NCBI RefSeq assembly: GCF_009914755.1
Contig: NC_060926.1
Length of the DNA: 64,000 bases
Origin: the human T2T-CHM13v2.0 reference genome, Homo sapiens
Reading direction: 5' to 3' (one strand)
Shown piece after piece: positions 47,517 to 63,497 of the stretch. Every line of letters begins with the position of its first letter. Positions within the stretch are counted from its first letter, which is position 1. Both the position numbers and the translations under genes were made by a program. The notes under the pieces were generated by a model that had not been told where the DNA came from, made no database searches, and was given only the letters and a program-made list of their open reading frames with translations.

Positions 47517-48580
47517 ATAGGCATGGGCAAAGACTTCATGACTAAAACACCAAAAGCAATGGCAACAAAAGCCAAAATTGACAAATGGGATCTAATTAAA
47601 CTAAAGAGCTTCTTCTCACCAAAAGAAACTATCATCAGATTGAACAGGCAACCTGCAGAATGGGAGAAAAGTTTTGCAATCTGTCCATCTGACAAAGGAC
47701 TAATATCCAGAATCTACAATGAACTCAAACAAATTTACAAGAAAAACACAAACAACCCCATCAGAAAGTGGGCAAAGGATATGAACAGACACTTTTCAAA
47801 AGAAGACATTTATGTGGCCAATAAACATATGAAAAAAAGCTTATCATCACTGGTCATTAGAGAAATGCAAATCAAAACCACAACGAGGTACCATCTTACA
47901 GCGGTTAGAATCCAATCATTGAAAAGTCAGGAAACAACAGATGCTGGAGAGGATGTGGAGAAACAGTAACACTTTTACACTGTTGGTGAGAGTGCAATTA
48001 GTTCAACCATTGTGGAAGACAGTATGGTGATTCCTCAAGGATCTAGAACTAGAAATACCATTTGACCCAGCAATGCCATTACCAGGTATATACACAAAGG
48101 ATTATAATTCATTCTCCTATAAAGACACATGCACACGTATGTTTATTGCAGCACTATTCACAATAGCAAAGACTTGGAACCAACCCAAATGCCCACCAAT
48201 GATAGACTGGGTAAAGAAAATGTAGCACATGTACACCATGGAATACTATGCAGCCATAAAAAAGGATGAGTTCATGTCCTTTGCAGGGACATGTATGAAG
48301 CTGGAAACCATCATTCTCAGCAAACTAACAAAGGAACAGAAAACCAAACACTGCTTGTTTTCACTCATAAGTGGGAGTTGAACAATGAGAACACAAGGGC
48401 ACAGGGAGCAAACATCACACACTGGGACCTATAGGGGGGTAGGGGCAAAAGGAAGGGATGGCATTAGGAGAAATACCTAATGCAGATGACGGGTTGATGG
48501 GTGCAACAAACTACCATGGCACATGTACACCTATGTAACAAACCTGCATGTTATCCACACGTATCCCAGAACTTAAAGTA
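47517..48580 (+). mobile_element. L1PA7/8-like ORF2 C-terminus and 3' UTR (inverted segment of a minus-strand insertion)
   Basis: ORF 47490-47969 [24 protein letters not shown]; ends gaacttaaagta with no tail, abutting the TSD. Confidence 0.92.
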
Positions 48581-49444
48581 TATCCACCAATTTTTTAAAA
48601 AGAAAATAATTTAAATAAATAAGTTTAAAACAACAGAGCTCTAATTGTACAGAATTATATCGCTGACTTGCACTAAAATATTTCTCCCTGGAACCTCCAC
48701 CACTTACTATAGTTCTGTCTGAGGACCACTCTGAGTATATCTAAATTCTTTGCCAAAGTGTTCAAATGTTAGAGAATACTCCCTGTTCCTCCAGCCCTCT
48801 ACTCCTTGAATTTGTCTTTTCCTAAATTCCCAAGCTCGAGTTTCTTCACACAATATGATTCCCAGAATCTTCACCATTCCCATGCTCCATTCCTCCCCTC
48901 TGGCCATCTCACCCTTGCCAACACTGACCTTGCATAATTCCTTACCCAAAACTAGACTCAGCCTCCACATGGGCTCTGAGCAAAAGGAAGACAGCATGGT
49001 CTATGTGCCAGCCTAAAATCCCATTAAGTCTTTATCAGGCTTGTCAGAGCTTTTGGCGAACACCGTACTTATTGTCAATCTAAAGACCTCCACGTTCTAG
49101 ACTTGAACTGTTTCTAACACACTATCAGCTACCCTACCCTGCTTTCTTTGCCTGATTAATTTCTTAGAATGTCCTCAATTGTTACAGTAGTGAAGAATGC
49201 TAGGGCCTATTGGGAAAACAAATGAGGCAGATGTCAATCGGACCCATGAGACCATGTAGCCCAATCTCATTCTCCAGGCCTATCCCCAATTTTCAGAAAG
49301 AAATGGGTGTTCCAAGAAGATTAAGTGAACAAATCAGGAATAAGAATAAGAATCAATGCACTTCTGAGCCTTCATCCCAGTGGCTCTTTTACTATGAAAA
49401 AGCTGTATCATGTCTACAATAAAATTAATTTACAGTATATGAGA

Positions 49445-49700
49445 GAAATGATAATAATAGCATATATCGTTTATTGACTACATGACAGAAAACATGTTAA
49501 AACATACTTTCTATAGATTGTTTCAGTTAATCCCCAAGACAGCCCTTTGAGGTGGGTGCAACCATTATTTAGGTTTTAAAACTAAAGAATATGGGGCTTT
49601 AAAAAGATAAGAAATTTGCCCAAGCCAGGAGGAAAACAGGTTTTAGACCAAAAAATAAAAAATAAAAAAAACTGATTTCAGAAACCATACTCAACCACTA
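49445..49700 (-). mobile_element. MIR
   Basis: tttattgac...taatccccaagacagccctttgaggtggg...aagaaatttgcccaag. Confidence 0.6.
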
Positions 49701-49929
49701 TCCATATAGCCACCTCACAACAGTGTATTGGAAACAGAAAGTAATTAAGTGATGAATTATGCAATTAGCACAACACTAAAGCTTCAGAACATAGCTTTTG
49801 TTCATGCCTCCATCAGTACTCAACTTGGATTGAATATCAGGTTTCTCATATTTTAGACAAATGTGTGTTACAGGTTAGATATTTCTTGCTATTTCCAGTG
49901 TCAAGTGTGTGTCTCTGTCTGCGCGGCTA

Positions 49930-50075
49930 TCCCAGTTTATTGTAATTACCTGTATCAGTATTTTCACATGTAGGCTATGAGTTTCTTGAGATCTGACTTT
50001 CACTCTCTATCCATAGCAGAGCATAGGACATGGCACAGAGGAGACACTCAAGATATATTTGTTGAATGAATACAT
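49930..50075 (+). mobile_element. L2 3' end
   Basis: taggctatgagtttcttgag...tggcacagaggagacactcaagatatatttgttgaatgaat. Confidence 0.7.
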
Positions 50076-50838
50076 AAAGATATGCCCTTGTTCAGTTGTA
50101 CAGAAGTACACATAAATCAAAAGAAGTCCCTAGTCATAAAAAGAATTGATATATCTTAGAGAACAGGTATCATAGGGATTCTACCAAACATAAGAGGGTA
50201 AGATTGTCCAAATCACCTGCTCAATTTACACTTTCATTCTCATATATGAATAAAATAAAATCAGTGAATTAGGTAGAGCATTAAATAAGCTACTATTTGG
50301 AATGGAGTAAGGTATGCATACAGCAGAAAGAGCACAAGCCTCCTGAATTCTTACTGGCTCCACTGCCAAAAAGTTATGCAATGTTCTGCAAAACTTTTAA
50401 ATTTTTGATAGTCAGTTTTCCTATCAACGAAATTGCAACATTAATAATTTTTGTTCATATTTGTCATTTCATATCAATTCACCTTATTGAAGAAATTATA
50501 ATTAATAATTATCTTCAACTAGATTGCCTTTTTAGACCACTGATATTTATTAAAGGGAAGTTATACTTATTTGTAGTAAAAGTGAGTTAATTTTTTTCTT
50601 CTATAATGAATTTTATGATGTTTTGTTTAAAAATAGATAAGACACACCATGAGTCATCTCCTTTTGTAAATAGGAGTTTGATACTGTGATGCAGGCACAC
50701 ATATGCAAGAAGTATAAATTTGTGTATTTATGGAGAATTTGGAGATCTGTACTCCCAATATAGGCCTCATATATGAATATTCTTTGTTCTAGTTATTCCA
50801 TTTATAGGAATGTATATTCAAATAAAATTATTTATATA

Positions 50839-51146
<308 letters not shown>

Positions 51147-51496
51147 TTATAAAATCTTAATTAAATGAGGTCCCAGAAAAGTTTATAATGTAAATTTAGA
51201 AATAACCACAGGATTGGTAAATTAGCCTTAGTAAAGCCATGCACTGGAATTCACACAAGAAATTATGTTGTAGAAAATATTTCTTAAAAAGATGCTTGTA
51301 TTTTAAACAAACAAAAAAGGTTACAAAACAGTAGAAAGTCATATTTTTTAGAAGGTATGCATACACGCTTACCTATGGATATATACTTATATAGCAAGTA
51401 GAAAGAAATACATTAAAATATAACCTTTACCTTCTTCAGAAATTTTTACTTTCTTATGTAGTTTCTAAATATTCTCTGATAAAAATTTATCGTTAT

Positions 51497-51560
51497 AGGA
51501 GGGAAGGGAAGGGAAGAGAAGGGAAGGGGAGGGGAGAGGAGGGAAGAAAAAGGAAGAGAA
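51497..51560 (+). repeat. Purine-only (GGGAA)n-like tract
   Basis: Directly visible. Confidence 0.85.
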
Positions 51561-52130
51561 GCCTAATTTAATTGTAGTCCACTGTACTTTATAGCGGCTT
51601 AGTAAACATTTCATAAGGGTGAGTGAGTGGAAGAGATATAAGACTGATAAGACTGAAATCTGATTGTGCCCTAATGCGTGATAGTTTTACTCTTAGGAGA
51701 GGTAAAGTCTAAAAGATAAGAATATACATAGCTCATTTCTGAGCCACATTAACGGCAAGCCAGGTGAGCAGCTACCAAACTACAAAGATTATTAAAATAT
51801 CACTTCAGGAAATCTAAAACTTATTGCCAATTAACTTAGATCTCTACATATGAATTTTTGTATGACTAGTCAAATATAAAATGATCAACTCCCCTCCCTA
51901 GAACAGAAAGTAACAGACCATGATAAAACATCAAAACATGCCTTACTTGAGTTTCCTTCAACCCTATTAAATAAAAGTAGAACATATTCTCAAAGAAAAT
52001 GTTTTGAATGGAAACTAAATCATTAGCCTGCCCTCTATCCATGTATTTTGGAAGTTCCTGCTTTACTTCTATTTCACTAGACTCTTGTTGAGTCTGATAA
52101 CTGGGCCTATTTACTAAAAGATGCTCAAGC

Positions 52131-52453
<323 letters not shown>

Positions 52454-52739
52454 TTAAGCACAATTATTTCAGATAGTGGATTGGTTTTGACTTTATAGAA
52501 AAAAGTTAAAATATATCTGAAAGTTTTAAAATAGGAATTACGTGCTAGCCACATCAGAATAAAACTAAACAGCCTGATAATACAAACAATAGGGCATGGT
52601 CAAGGGCCTCTCAATATAGTACTGAATAGCCTTTAAATTTTTACCCAAGTTTCTAGAGTGGCTCTAGAGACCATGTTTAGTTTTATTCATCTGGCCTTCT
52701 TTTGAGATTTTGCTTATTTAAGCAAAAGAGAACACCCAC

Positions 52740-52900
52740 ATCTGTAATTGCTATACATCTCCTCTTCTGGATTTTGAGCTTCTCCAGAGCAGAAACCTTA
52801 TCTTTTTCATGTTTGCAATCATAGAGCTTAACATAGTATATTATGCAGAATCACCACAAAATGCATAATAAACATCTGGATGAATAGATGATGGATGGGA
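52740..52900 (+). mobile_element. L2 3' end
   Basis: ggattttgagcttctccagagcagaaacc...aataaacatctggatgaatagatg. Confidence 0.55.
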
Positions 52901-53204
52901 AAATGGATTGATATATGAACTTATTCCTAAAGACTTGAATTTCAGGACTCATTCACTCAGCAAGAAAATAACATCTTCTCATGGTACTCATTTCAAACAA
53001 AATGAAGTTCTAAATGTTGTGACCAGGTTCTACAGGACCTGTATTGAGGTTTAGTCTCCAGGATGACCAGCCAGCTGTAATTCTTATCTTGTTCTGTTTC
53101 CCTCATCCTCCTAACACTCTTTATCCACAAGCCTTCCTAGAAAAGACCTAGAAATAAACTCTCCTTCTCTCATTGTTTGCAGTCTCTGAGGAATAAGGGC
53201 AATA

Positions 53205-53400
53205 ACACAGCTTTATATTTTGTACAATCCTTTGGGTTTACAAAACACTTTCACTTGTTATCTCATTGTATTCATACACTATCCATGTGGGAAAAAGTGA
53301 GGAAACTGAGGTTGAGAGTTAACTTTTACAGTTAGTTAAATGGCAGAGCCTCTTCTCAGACTCCAAACTTCCAAATGCAAACCCAGCATTCTTCCGTATT
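53205..53400 (-). mobile_element. MIR
   Basis: tttacaaaacactttcac...tgaggaaactgagg...agttagttaaatggcagagcc. Confidence 0.65.
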
Positions 53401-54689
53401 ACCTACATTACTGGCAGAGTTAAAAGAATGGATTCTAACCACGAGTCCCAGTGCTGTGTCTGCATTCCTTATTTTCTGTTAATTACCACACTCACTGTCA
53501 ACACTGCATATTTCAAGGAAAGTGACAATTCAACTTCCTTCTCTGACTTTTGAAATCTTCCTCTCCAGGAAGACAGCAGGTCTGGAGCAAGCTATGGGAA
53601 GGACAGTGGCAAGAATTTCTCCCACAGTTGGCAGCCTGTCTGCCCTAACTTTGAATGGATTCAAAGACAGAAGAGGTAAACATGGACTGGAGAAATATGC
53701 TATGCATAACACTTAAATGTTCCTGTATGTGCCAACAAAGTTGACATCTATGGGATTTAGCTGAAATATTGCCCCACTAATAAGGTATAGAAAGAATGCC
53801 TTTAAATAAAGAGGATTCTTCAGGCAGTTAAAAATGTTATCAGAGAGAATGAAATTGAGCAGGAAGCATGAAGGCTTCAAAACCGTCTTGCTGTTTAACT
53901 GGGGGAGCTGCTCCATTAGCTCAGCTAATTGAACACTCCGTTATCTCACTTGGATTGTCACTGCAGAAGAAAAAGGGGCTCTATTTTTGCTCCCTGCAAC
54001 AGAATCTGAAACTTGTGAAGAGAGGCAAGGGACAGGATATATGCTGATTACTTTATTTTGACACTAGATCTGTGACTAGAATTAGCTGTGCACAGATATA
54101 AATATCCTTTAGACACATCCATCCACAAGCAATCTATATTATAATTGGCAAAACTGGCCAGGAAGAAATGAGAGTGGAGAAAAGGGAAAGTTTGCCAATA
54201 TGTAGGAAGAAATAAAATCTGTGTAGTGTTTTGTTTAATGATGCAAGCATATAAAATAAGATGAGCAGCCGTCTTGTACTTAAGCATGAACGGATACAAA
54301 GTTAGAGGTAGAAGAAAACACCTTGTATGCGTGATTTTAGCTTTGCGAAATACTAAAATAAAAGGCAGATCTCCTGATTCCAATTAACTTTAATGATACA
54401 AGCATATTTGGGCTAGTTATATGGCTAATTGATGTGTAAAAATGTAAAGTCAGGTCCACATTTTATATCGGAGGTTAAAACATATTTATATACATACAAA
54501 TTATTTTTTAATGAAAAATGCCAACAATGTGAGGTAGAGATGACTTTCTCAGTCACGTGCAATAGAAGGAATGACATTAACACAAAATTAAAAATTAAAT
54601 ATGTAAAGACTGAAGTTTTTGGACGCCCAAATATCCTTTAAACATCAAATAATAAAGAGCTAAAAAGTAACATTTCACAGATATAATGA

Positions 54690-55530
54690 AAGTTAAACTT
54701 AATGGAGATTCTCAAAATAAGGTGAAAAGCATTGGAACCAAGTAGAAACATGGGTAATTTCATTAAAGAATTAGCAACAGAAGAAATGTAAACACCATTA
54801 TCAATATATGGAAAATATCCTAATAATTAAAGAAATTAAAAGGTAAACAATGAGATACCTCTTTACAAATATTTTAACATAAAAAAATCAAAGTTTTTTT
54901 AGTTAACATTTAGTGAAAGAAAAATATAAAACCCCAAGTGTTTGAAATAGTCAAAAAATGCTGGTCAGAAATGGTACTCATATAAATTTTCCAGACAACG
55001 GTTTGTAATAATCATCAAAGATATTTAAGAACATTCCTGTGTGAGGTTTTCACAACTCTACTTACAGAAATCTATAAAAAGGAAATAATCTATGATGTGG
55101 ATACATATTTGTATGCAAGGACTATTACTGCATTATATGAAATAACAAAAAGAAAGTAATGTTCTTAAGTTCAATTTTATTCAATGCATATAAAGGAAGT
55201 GTATATATTTTACAAATAACAATTTTATAAGGCATAAGTCTAAAAGATAAAGGACTAGTTTTTAAAAATATCTTTTTAACATAAAATGGAACACTATAAG
55301 TCTTTTAAAATATTTTGGAAGTACATGTAGTAACTGGGAAAAGCATCTCCAACACATTGTTAAGTGAAGAAAAGCAGGCTACAAGAAAGCATGTATAATA
55401 TAAATTTATATTTGTCATCAAATCAAATGATAACAGCTGCTATAAACAGGTGGTAGTAATTTTTAACTCTCTTTCTTTCATTATCCATATTTTCTAAGTT
55501 TTCTAACTCAATATGTATTACTTTTTAAAA
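54690..55530 (+). mobile_element. Highly decayed L1ME-like 3' end
   Basis: aacaatgagatacc, tatttgtatgcaagga, ttgttaagtgaagaaaagcaggctaca. Confidence 0.55.
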
Positions 55531-55550
55531 AAGAAAGTTAAGAAGCTGTA

Positions 55551-57191
<1,641 letters not shown>

Positions 57192-57269
57192 TGAAGTTTC
57201 TGAAGAAAGCTTGGTTAGAGGACAAAATGATCTTTATATGGTAATCAGTGTTATACACAGGGTGCGTGA

Positions 57270-57295
57270 GTGTGTGTGTGTGTGTGTGTGTGTGT
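57270..57295 (+). repeat. (GT)13 microsatellite
   Basis: Directly visible. Confidence 0.95.
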
Positions 57296-58049
57296 TTAGA
57301 ATAAAATATATAAAAATTATGATAAGATTTCCATATGATAATTTAATCTTCATGTCTCTCTACAATCAGAAATACACCAAATTTTATAAAAGAGAAATTA
57401 TGCTATTACATAATTCCTTTCACTAAATATACAGCAATCCTCACAATAATAATTTTAAAAAACTAAAAATTCTGGATTTAAAAAAAAAATAAGTGAACTA
57501 CTGACAAAATAAGCAATGATCAGACACTAAAATTCGAGTGACAGTTGGAATCTAACAGATAAAACCAGCTCTGATGTTGATTTTCACCATGTGGCATATG
57601 CCAAAATCTCAGGGAACTTGGCTTTTGTTTTGATGTGTATGTTTTGGAGAAGAATGAGGGCCACAACAGAGAAACCTAGATTCTGTCCAATGCTGACAAT
57701 CTAATGGGAACCCCCTACAAAATCCTAGTTCTAGGACTACATTCACAATGTAAAGATGAACTATAGCTAAATCTGCCTTTAACAGAATGTTAACCTCAAA
57801 CTTGGCAATTGGCAGGAGAGTCAATTCTTCCATAAAATTTTGTAACTGCAAGCAAACTCTCACATGGGTTTGAAGGTTTGTGGCCTAAATCCACACTGTG
57901 GTATATGTAAAACTTGAAGGTAAAAAATGAATTTTAAAATTGTCTTTATTTGCTAGTATGTTCAGACCTTTTCAGAGGCAAACATAAACCCTATGTAGAG
58001 AAACACAACATAGCCCAGGTTTCAAGGAATTACCACAAGTATATTTGCA

Positions 58050-59000
58050 AGGAACACGAGCTCACAATCAAAATGACAAAAGCACTACGGGTAAGAGCCA
58101 GCAGAAATAACAAACGGAAATATCAGACTCAAAAGGACATAAGATTTTAGAATTTTTAGATAATAAAATAAGCATGGTTAACATGCTTTAATATACAAAA
58201 TAAATTTTTGAAACTGAAAATTATAAAGGTAATTTTAAATGAATTATAAAGAAACTTTAGAAATATAACTACATAATAGATTTTAAAGCCTACAGATAGG
58301 TTACATTCCAGGTTAGAGAAAAACTAAAAAAAATTAAAGAACTTGAAAAAAATTATCTGAACAAATTACTGGGAATACAAAACAAAGAGGCAAAGAAACA
58401 GAAAATATGAAATAAAGGGTAAATGACATGAAGAATAGAGTGAGAAAGCATAACAGAAGAGAATAATAGAGAGAATGAGGGAGAAGTAATATTAAAAAAA
58501 CTGATAATTTCCCAGAACAAATAAAAGACATAAAACCTCAGATCAAAAACTCCAATGTCTCAGACAGAATGCTTAAAAAGGATCTGTAACTAAGGCACAT
58601 TATAAAGAAACTGCTAGAAACCAAAGACAGAGAAAATATTAAAAGCCATCAGAAAAAATGACAAATTACCTTCAAAGGAATAGCAATAGACTGACAGCTA
58701 ATCCTCAATAGTAAAAAATGAAAATCAAAATACAGTTGAATGTGTTCTCAGAAAATAACTCTCAATCCAGAATTACAAATCTGGCAAATTATATCTCTTT
58801 TAAGAATAAATAAAAAAGTCAAAATATTTTATCTCAAATGCTTTAAAAAATTTAATCACAGGAGATGTATTACTAAAGGAAATTCTAAATTACACAAATG
58901 ACAGGCAGAAGGAAAATGATTGTATATGAAAAACAAAATTTCAAAAGAAAGTTAGTAACTTTATTAACGTTCGAGTAAAAACAAAGGGCAATTGTACAGA
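58050..59000 (+). mobile_element. Ancient L1 ORF1 region remnant
   Basis: aattttcccagaa-like, ggcacattataaagaaactg, aaagacagagaaaatattaaaagc, taccttcaaaggaa..agactgacagct, caatccagaatt. Confidence 0.6.
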
Positions 59001-59029
59001 TAATGTGATCATACCAGTACTCCGTCTTC

Positions 59030-60775
59030 TTTTTTAAAATTTTTGACATACAAAAAGCTATAAATAATGTACACAACTTGATGTCTTTGTAGATAAATAT
59101 ACACTCCTGAAACTATCACCACAATCTAGGCCATAAACCTATCCATCCATTCCTAAGGTTTTCTCCCACTCCCTAATTGTGTTTTTTATTATATTATTAT
59201 TTGGTGATAAGAACACTTAACATGAAATCTATTTTCTTGGCAAATTTTAAGTGGATAATACAGCATTTCTAACTATAGGTACTATAATGTACAATAGATC
59301 TCTAGGACTTATTTTTCCTGTATAACTGAAAATTTCTACCCTTTGACTAATACCTCCCTGTTCACCAAGTGACCCAGCTCCTGGCAACTTAGTTTGCTAT
59401 GGCAGATTTATTATATAAGTGGTATCACGTAATTTTTGTCCTTCTGTGTCTGGCTTATTTCATTTAACATAATGTCCTCAAGGTGCATACATATTGTTGC
59501 AAATGGCAGGATTTTTCTTCTTTTTTAAGGTTGAATAATATTACATCATTTTGTATATATCACATTCTCTTAATGCATTCATTAATCTATCGACATTTTG
59601 GTTGCTTCACTGGTTACTATGAATAATGCCTTAATAAAGATGAGAGAACAGATTTTAAATTTGGGATATGTAACCAGAAGTGGGATTACTAGACAATGCT
59701 GGAGTTCTATATGTAGTTTTTGAGGCACTTCCATACTGTTTTCTTAGTGGATATACCAATTTATTTTCTCAGCAACAGTAAACAATGGTTCCCTTGTTTC
59801 CACATCCTTGCCAGTATTTATCTTTTGTGTTTGTGTGTGTGAAGCCATACTAACAGGGGTGAGATGCTATCTCATTGTGGTATTAATTTGCATTTCCCTA
59901 ATTATTAAAGCTGTTGAACATTTTTTTCATATACCTGTTGGCCATCTGTATGTCTTTCTTTGAGAAATATCACTTCCACTCTTTTGCCTATTTTTAAATC
60001 ATGGTTTTTGTTTTAGTTGTTTTTTGATAGAGTTGTAGGACTTCCTTATATATTTTGGATATTAACCCTTTATTAGATATATGATTTACAAATGTTTTAA
60101 GTTGTCTTCATTTTCTGTTTCCTCTGCTGTACAGAAACTTTTTAGTGTGATACAATCCCATTTGTCTAATTTTTGCTTTTTTTTGCCTGTGCTTTGCTGT
60201 CATATCTAAGAAATCATTGCCAAAGCCAATATCTAGAAGCTTTTACTCTATGTTTTCTTCTAAGAGTTTATGGTGTCAGGTCTTATGTTGAGTCTAATTC
60301 ATTTTTAGTTGACTTTTGTATGTGGTGTAGAATCGGGGACCAATTTCATTCTTCTGCATGTAGATTTTCAGTTTTCCTAAAACCATTTGTTGAAGAGACT
60401 ATTCTTTCCCCATTAAGTGATGACACTTCTGCCAAAAATAAGTTGACCATACATGTATGACTTTATTTCTGAGTTCTCTATGCTGTTTCAGTGATCTATA
60501 TATCTGTTTTTATGTTAGTACCATACTGTTTTGATCATTATAGCTTTGTTATAAATGTTAAAATCAAGATGTGTAATGTGTTCAGTTTTGTTCTTGATCA
60601 AAATTGCTTAGGTTATTTTGAGTCTTTTGTGGTTCTATAGAAATTTTAGGATTTTTTTCTAAGTTATCGCAATTTTGATAGGTATTATATTGAATCTGTA
60701 GATTGCTTTGGGTAGTAGGAACATTTTAACAACATTAATTCCTTCAATCCATTATTATAAAATGTCTCTCCAGTA
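59030..60775 (-). mobile_element. L1MA9/10-like 3' portion
   Basis: gataagaacacttaacatgaaatcta, tgtctggcttatttcatttaacataatgtcc, tgaatctgtagattgctttgggtag. Confidence 0.85.
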
Positions 60776-60829
60776 CTCCAACTTCTTTCCATATCTCTAA
60801 ACTTAATTAATCAATATTTAATTAATTAA

Positions 60830-62638
60830 TGTTGCACTGTCTTTTGTCTGCCAGGTATCTGGTACTATCTGAAATTAACAGCTCGTGTGGGATATTCTAT
60901 AAACTCCCATTTAGCATGTCCAATTAATACTATCTGAAAGACAGGCTTACAAGCATTTTGTTTTACAGCATTAGGTAGAAAAAGTGTTCTCCTGTTAGAC
61001 AAGATATCCATCCTAATAATATGTTCGGGTCAAGGAGAGAGTCACTTCAGATATACCCTGTTCAAACATTTCAATTTTCATCCAAACTTTTACCTAATTC
61101 CATCAAACGATGCATCTCTATATTCTCTCATTATAATTGTAGCCCTCATTAGAACGTCACCAACAGGTTTTAAAATCAAAGTTCATTGGATTTCCATGTC
61201 AGGGAGCTTCTGAAATATTTTTTCCCACCTCCTGACCAATTTATCCACACATATGTATTCGGTCTTGCGTCCCAACCAGGGGTTAAACCAAAAGATCCTT
61301 ACCATTATTAATTTGCCAGACCATCACTCCTGGTAATTTAAGGTCAGATTTATTATTATTATTTTTGCCTTCTGGCTTTTTACATTACTCCAAACTAGAG
61401 TAAATAGAGATTTATTTAGGGTCCTTCAATGTCGGGATACCAGGACTGACTTTTATCTGTCCACCAAATCTCCAAAGACCTTTATTCATTAATGTAACAT
61501 CAATGTCCATTTTATTCATCACGTTCTTTATAACTATTTCAAGACTTCTATCCTGCTGAGACAAATCCCTCAACTATTCCTTTTTACTTTTCCCATTCTC
61601 TTGTGAATTATTCTAATTTCTGGAACATCTTTATGTCCCATAAGAGGATATGGCTTCTTGAACCTTTGTTTAATTTTGCAGCAGTCCACATAGAGTACTC
61701 ATGTAAAGGGGTGTTCTTAATCACAGCATTTACCATAAATTGCTTCAGAGGAATATTAAGAGGATGAACATCTCAGTCATAATAAAACCAATCCAGCACT
61801 CCTTGCATATGTAACATATCAGACACTACACCTAGGGTTATCTATTTGTCATCTAAAGGAAGGAAAGAGCAATTCCCCTTCTCGGAATAAACTAACTATG
61901 ATGTCTTATATCTCATCCACTAGGCTAGCTGTCCCTTCAGGAAAAAATCCTATTGTGTGTTTGCATAATGTACAGCCATACTTGATTGTTTAATAGTAAG
62001 CTGTGTGTCCTTCATCAATCAAACATGCTCCATCATTTTGCAGCATTCAAAACCAAGGAGACTGCTTCAAAGTTAGTCATCCCCATAATTCACTTTAATA
62101 AAGGTTCTTCATAAAGTTATTTTATTAATCCACAAAATGAGAGAGCTCTTTTATAACATGCACCATGGTTTCAGTAGTTTCTTGGTAACCACAGGTCATA
62201 AAGGTATTATCTATTTTTAATAACATAAATTTTCCCACTAGTGACAACTCTGAAACTAATGATCATAGCTCATGCAGGCCAAAATCTCAGCTTGGCACAA
62301 TGCCAGGGCCCATCTGCACACTCTCCTTTGCTTTCATTTTAGCTACTATGAATAAAAATAACCAAGAGATTGCATATTTAGCTTGTTTTCATTATTTTGC
62401 ATTTTTTTATGTATCCAGTGAGCCACCTCCTCAGTAGATAGATTTATCGTTTCTAAATTCCATTGGTAACTTTTACCAACACTAACTGATCACAGTACAG
62501 CTGCTGTCCAATGGGTGACTTCGTAGTCATCCAGGCATCAAATGTTTGTCATTCCCTATCCCTTCATCCTCCCATGTGCTTTCACATGTTTCAGTGAGTG
62601 AGTTTTATTCCAATGAATTCCAGTTCTGAAACCAACAT
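60830..62638 (-). mobile_element. Degenerate ERVL-class internal sequence with tRNA-Leu-type primer binding site (62617-62634)
   Basis: Minus-strand TGGTTTCAGAACTGGAAT lies 4 bp after the LTR end and resembles the Leu PBS TGGTGTCAGAAGTGGGAT; no long ORF. Confidence 0.6.
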
Positions 62639-63225
62639 TGTTAGGGATCTCTCCAAGACCATCCTCATCCTTAATTATTAGCTAGAAAGACTCAGAAAAG
62701 TTGTTATACTTTTGTTTACAGTTTATTACAACAAAGGGATACAGACTAATATCATCAAAAGGAAAAGGAACATGGGGTGAATTCTAGGACAAAGCAGGTG
62801 CAAGCTTCCAGATGTCCACTTCGAGAATATCTTGGATGTACCTAATTCTCCTGGCAGCAGTGCATAAAAATGAATGCCAAGTTTTGCCAATCAGGAAAGC
62901 CCAAACATGCCTTGGCATCCAGGGTTTCTATTAGGGTCTCTCAGGCAGTCATGTAGCACTTGCATGACTTAACTTAGGTACACAGACTCCAGCAACCCCT
63001 AGATCAAAAACAGGTATTCATGATAAATCATATTGTTATCATAAACTTTAATCAAACTGGTACCAAGTGGCCCAAAGCCTGAGATGTACAAAACACTCTT
63101 ATCAGGCAGAATATTTCAAGGGCTCATTGTTCATCTCCCAGGTATAGGCAAAGAGCTAGTCCTGAAGACATGTCTTTCTTGTAAATGTGCAGGGTTTCAG
63201 CAGCACAGGTCTGCTTTCCTATACC
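62639..63225 (-). mobile_element. ERVL LTR (MER77/MER68/MER21 group)
   Basis: ccaagaccatcctc...gactcagaaaagttgttatact...aacactcttatcaggcagaatatt...aatgtgcagggttt. Confidence 0.75.
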
Positions 63226-63229
63226 ATAA

Positions 63230-63495
63230 CTTCAATATTAACATCAAGATATTAAATTACAAAATTAGGAAACTACATGTCAATCTCACTCATAAATATA
63301 GATATAGAAATCTTATGCAGATTAACGGAAAACTAAATCTAGTGCTATATAAAGCTATAATACATGATGGCCAAATTAGTCTTGCCTAGGAATAGTAATT
63401 AAGGTAATTTTAAATCTGCTAAAAATAAGAGAAAAATCAAATGAATATCTCAATAGGTGCAGAAAAGGCAGTAACCAAACTTCAAAATTTATCCC
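63230..63495 (+). mobile_element. Old L1 ORF2 fragment
   Basis: caatctcactcataaatatagat, atacatgatggccaa, atctcaataggtgcagaaaaggca. Confidence 0.6.
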
Positions 63496-63497
63496 CA

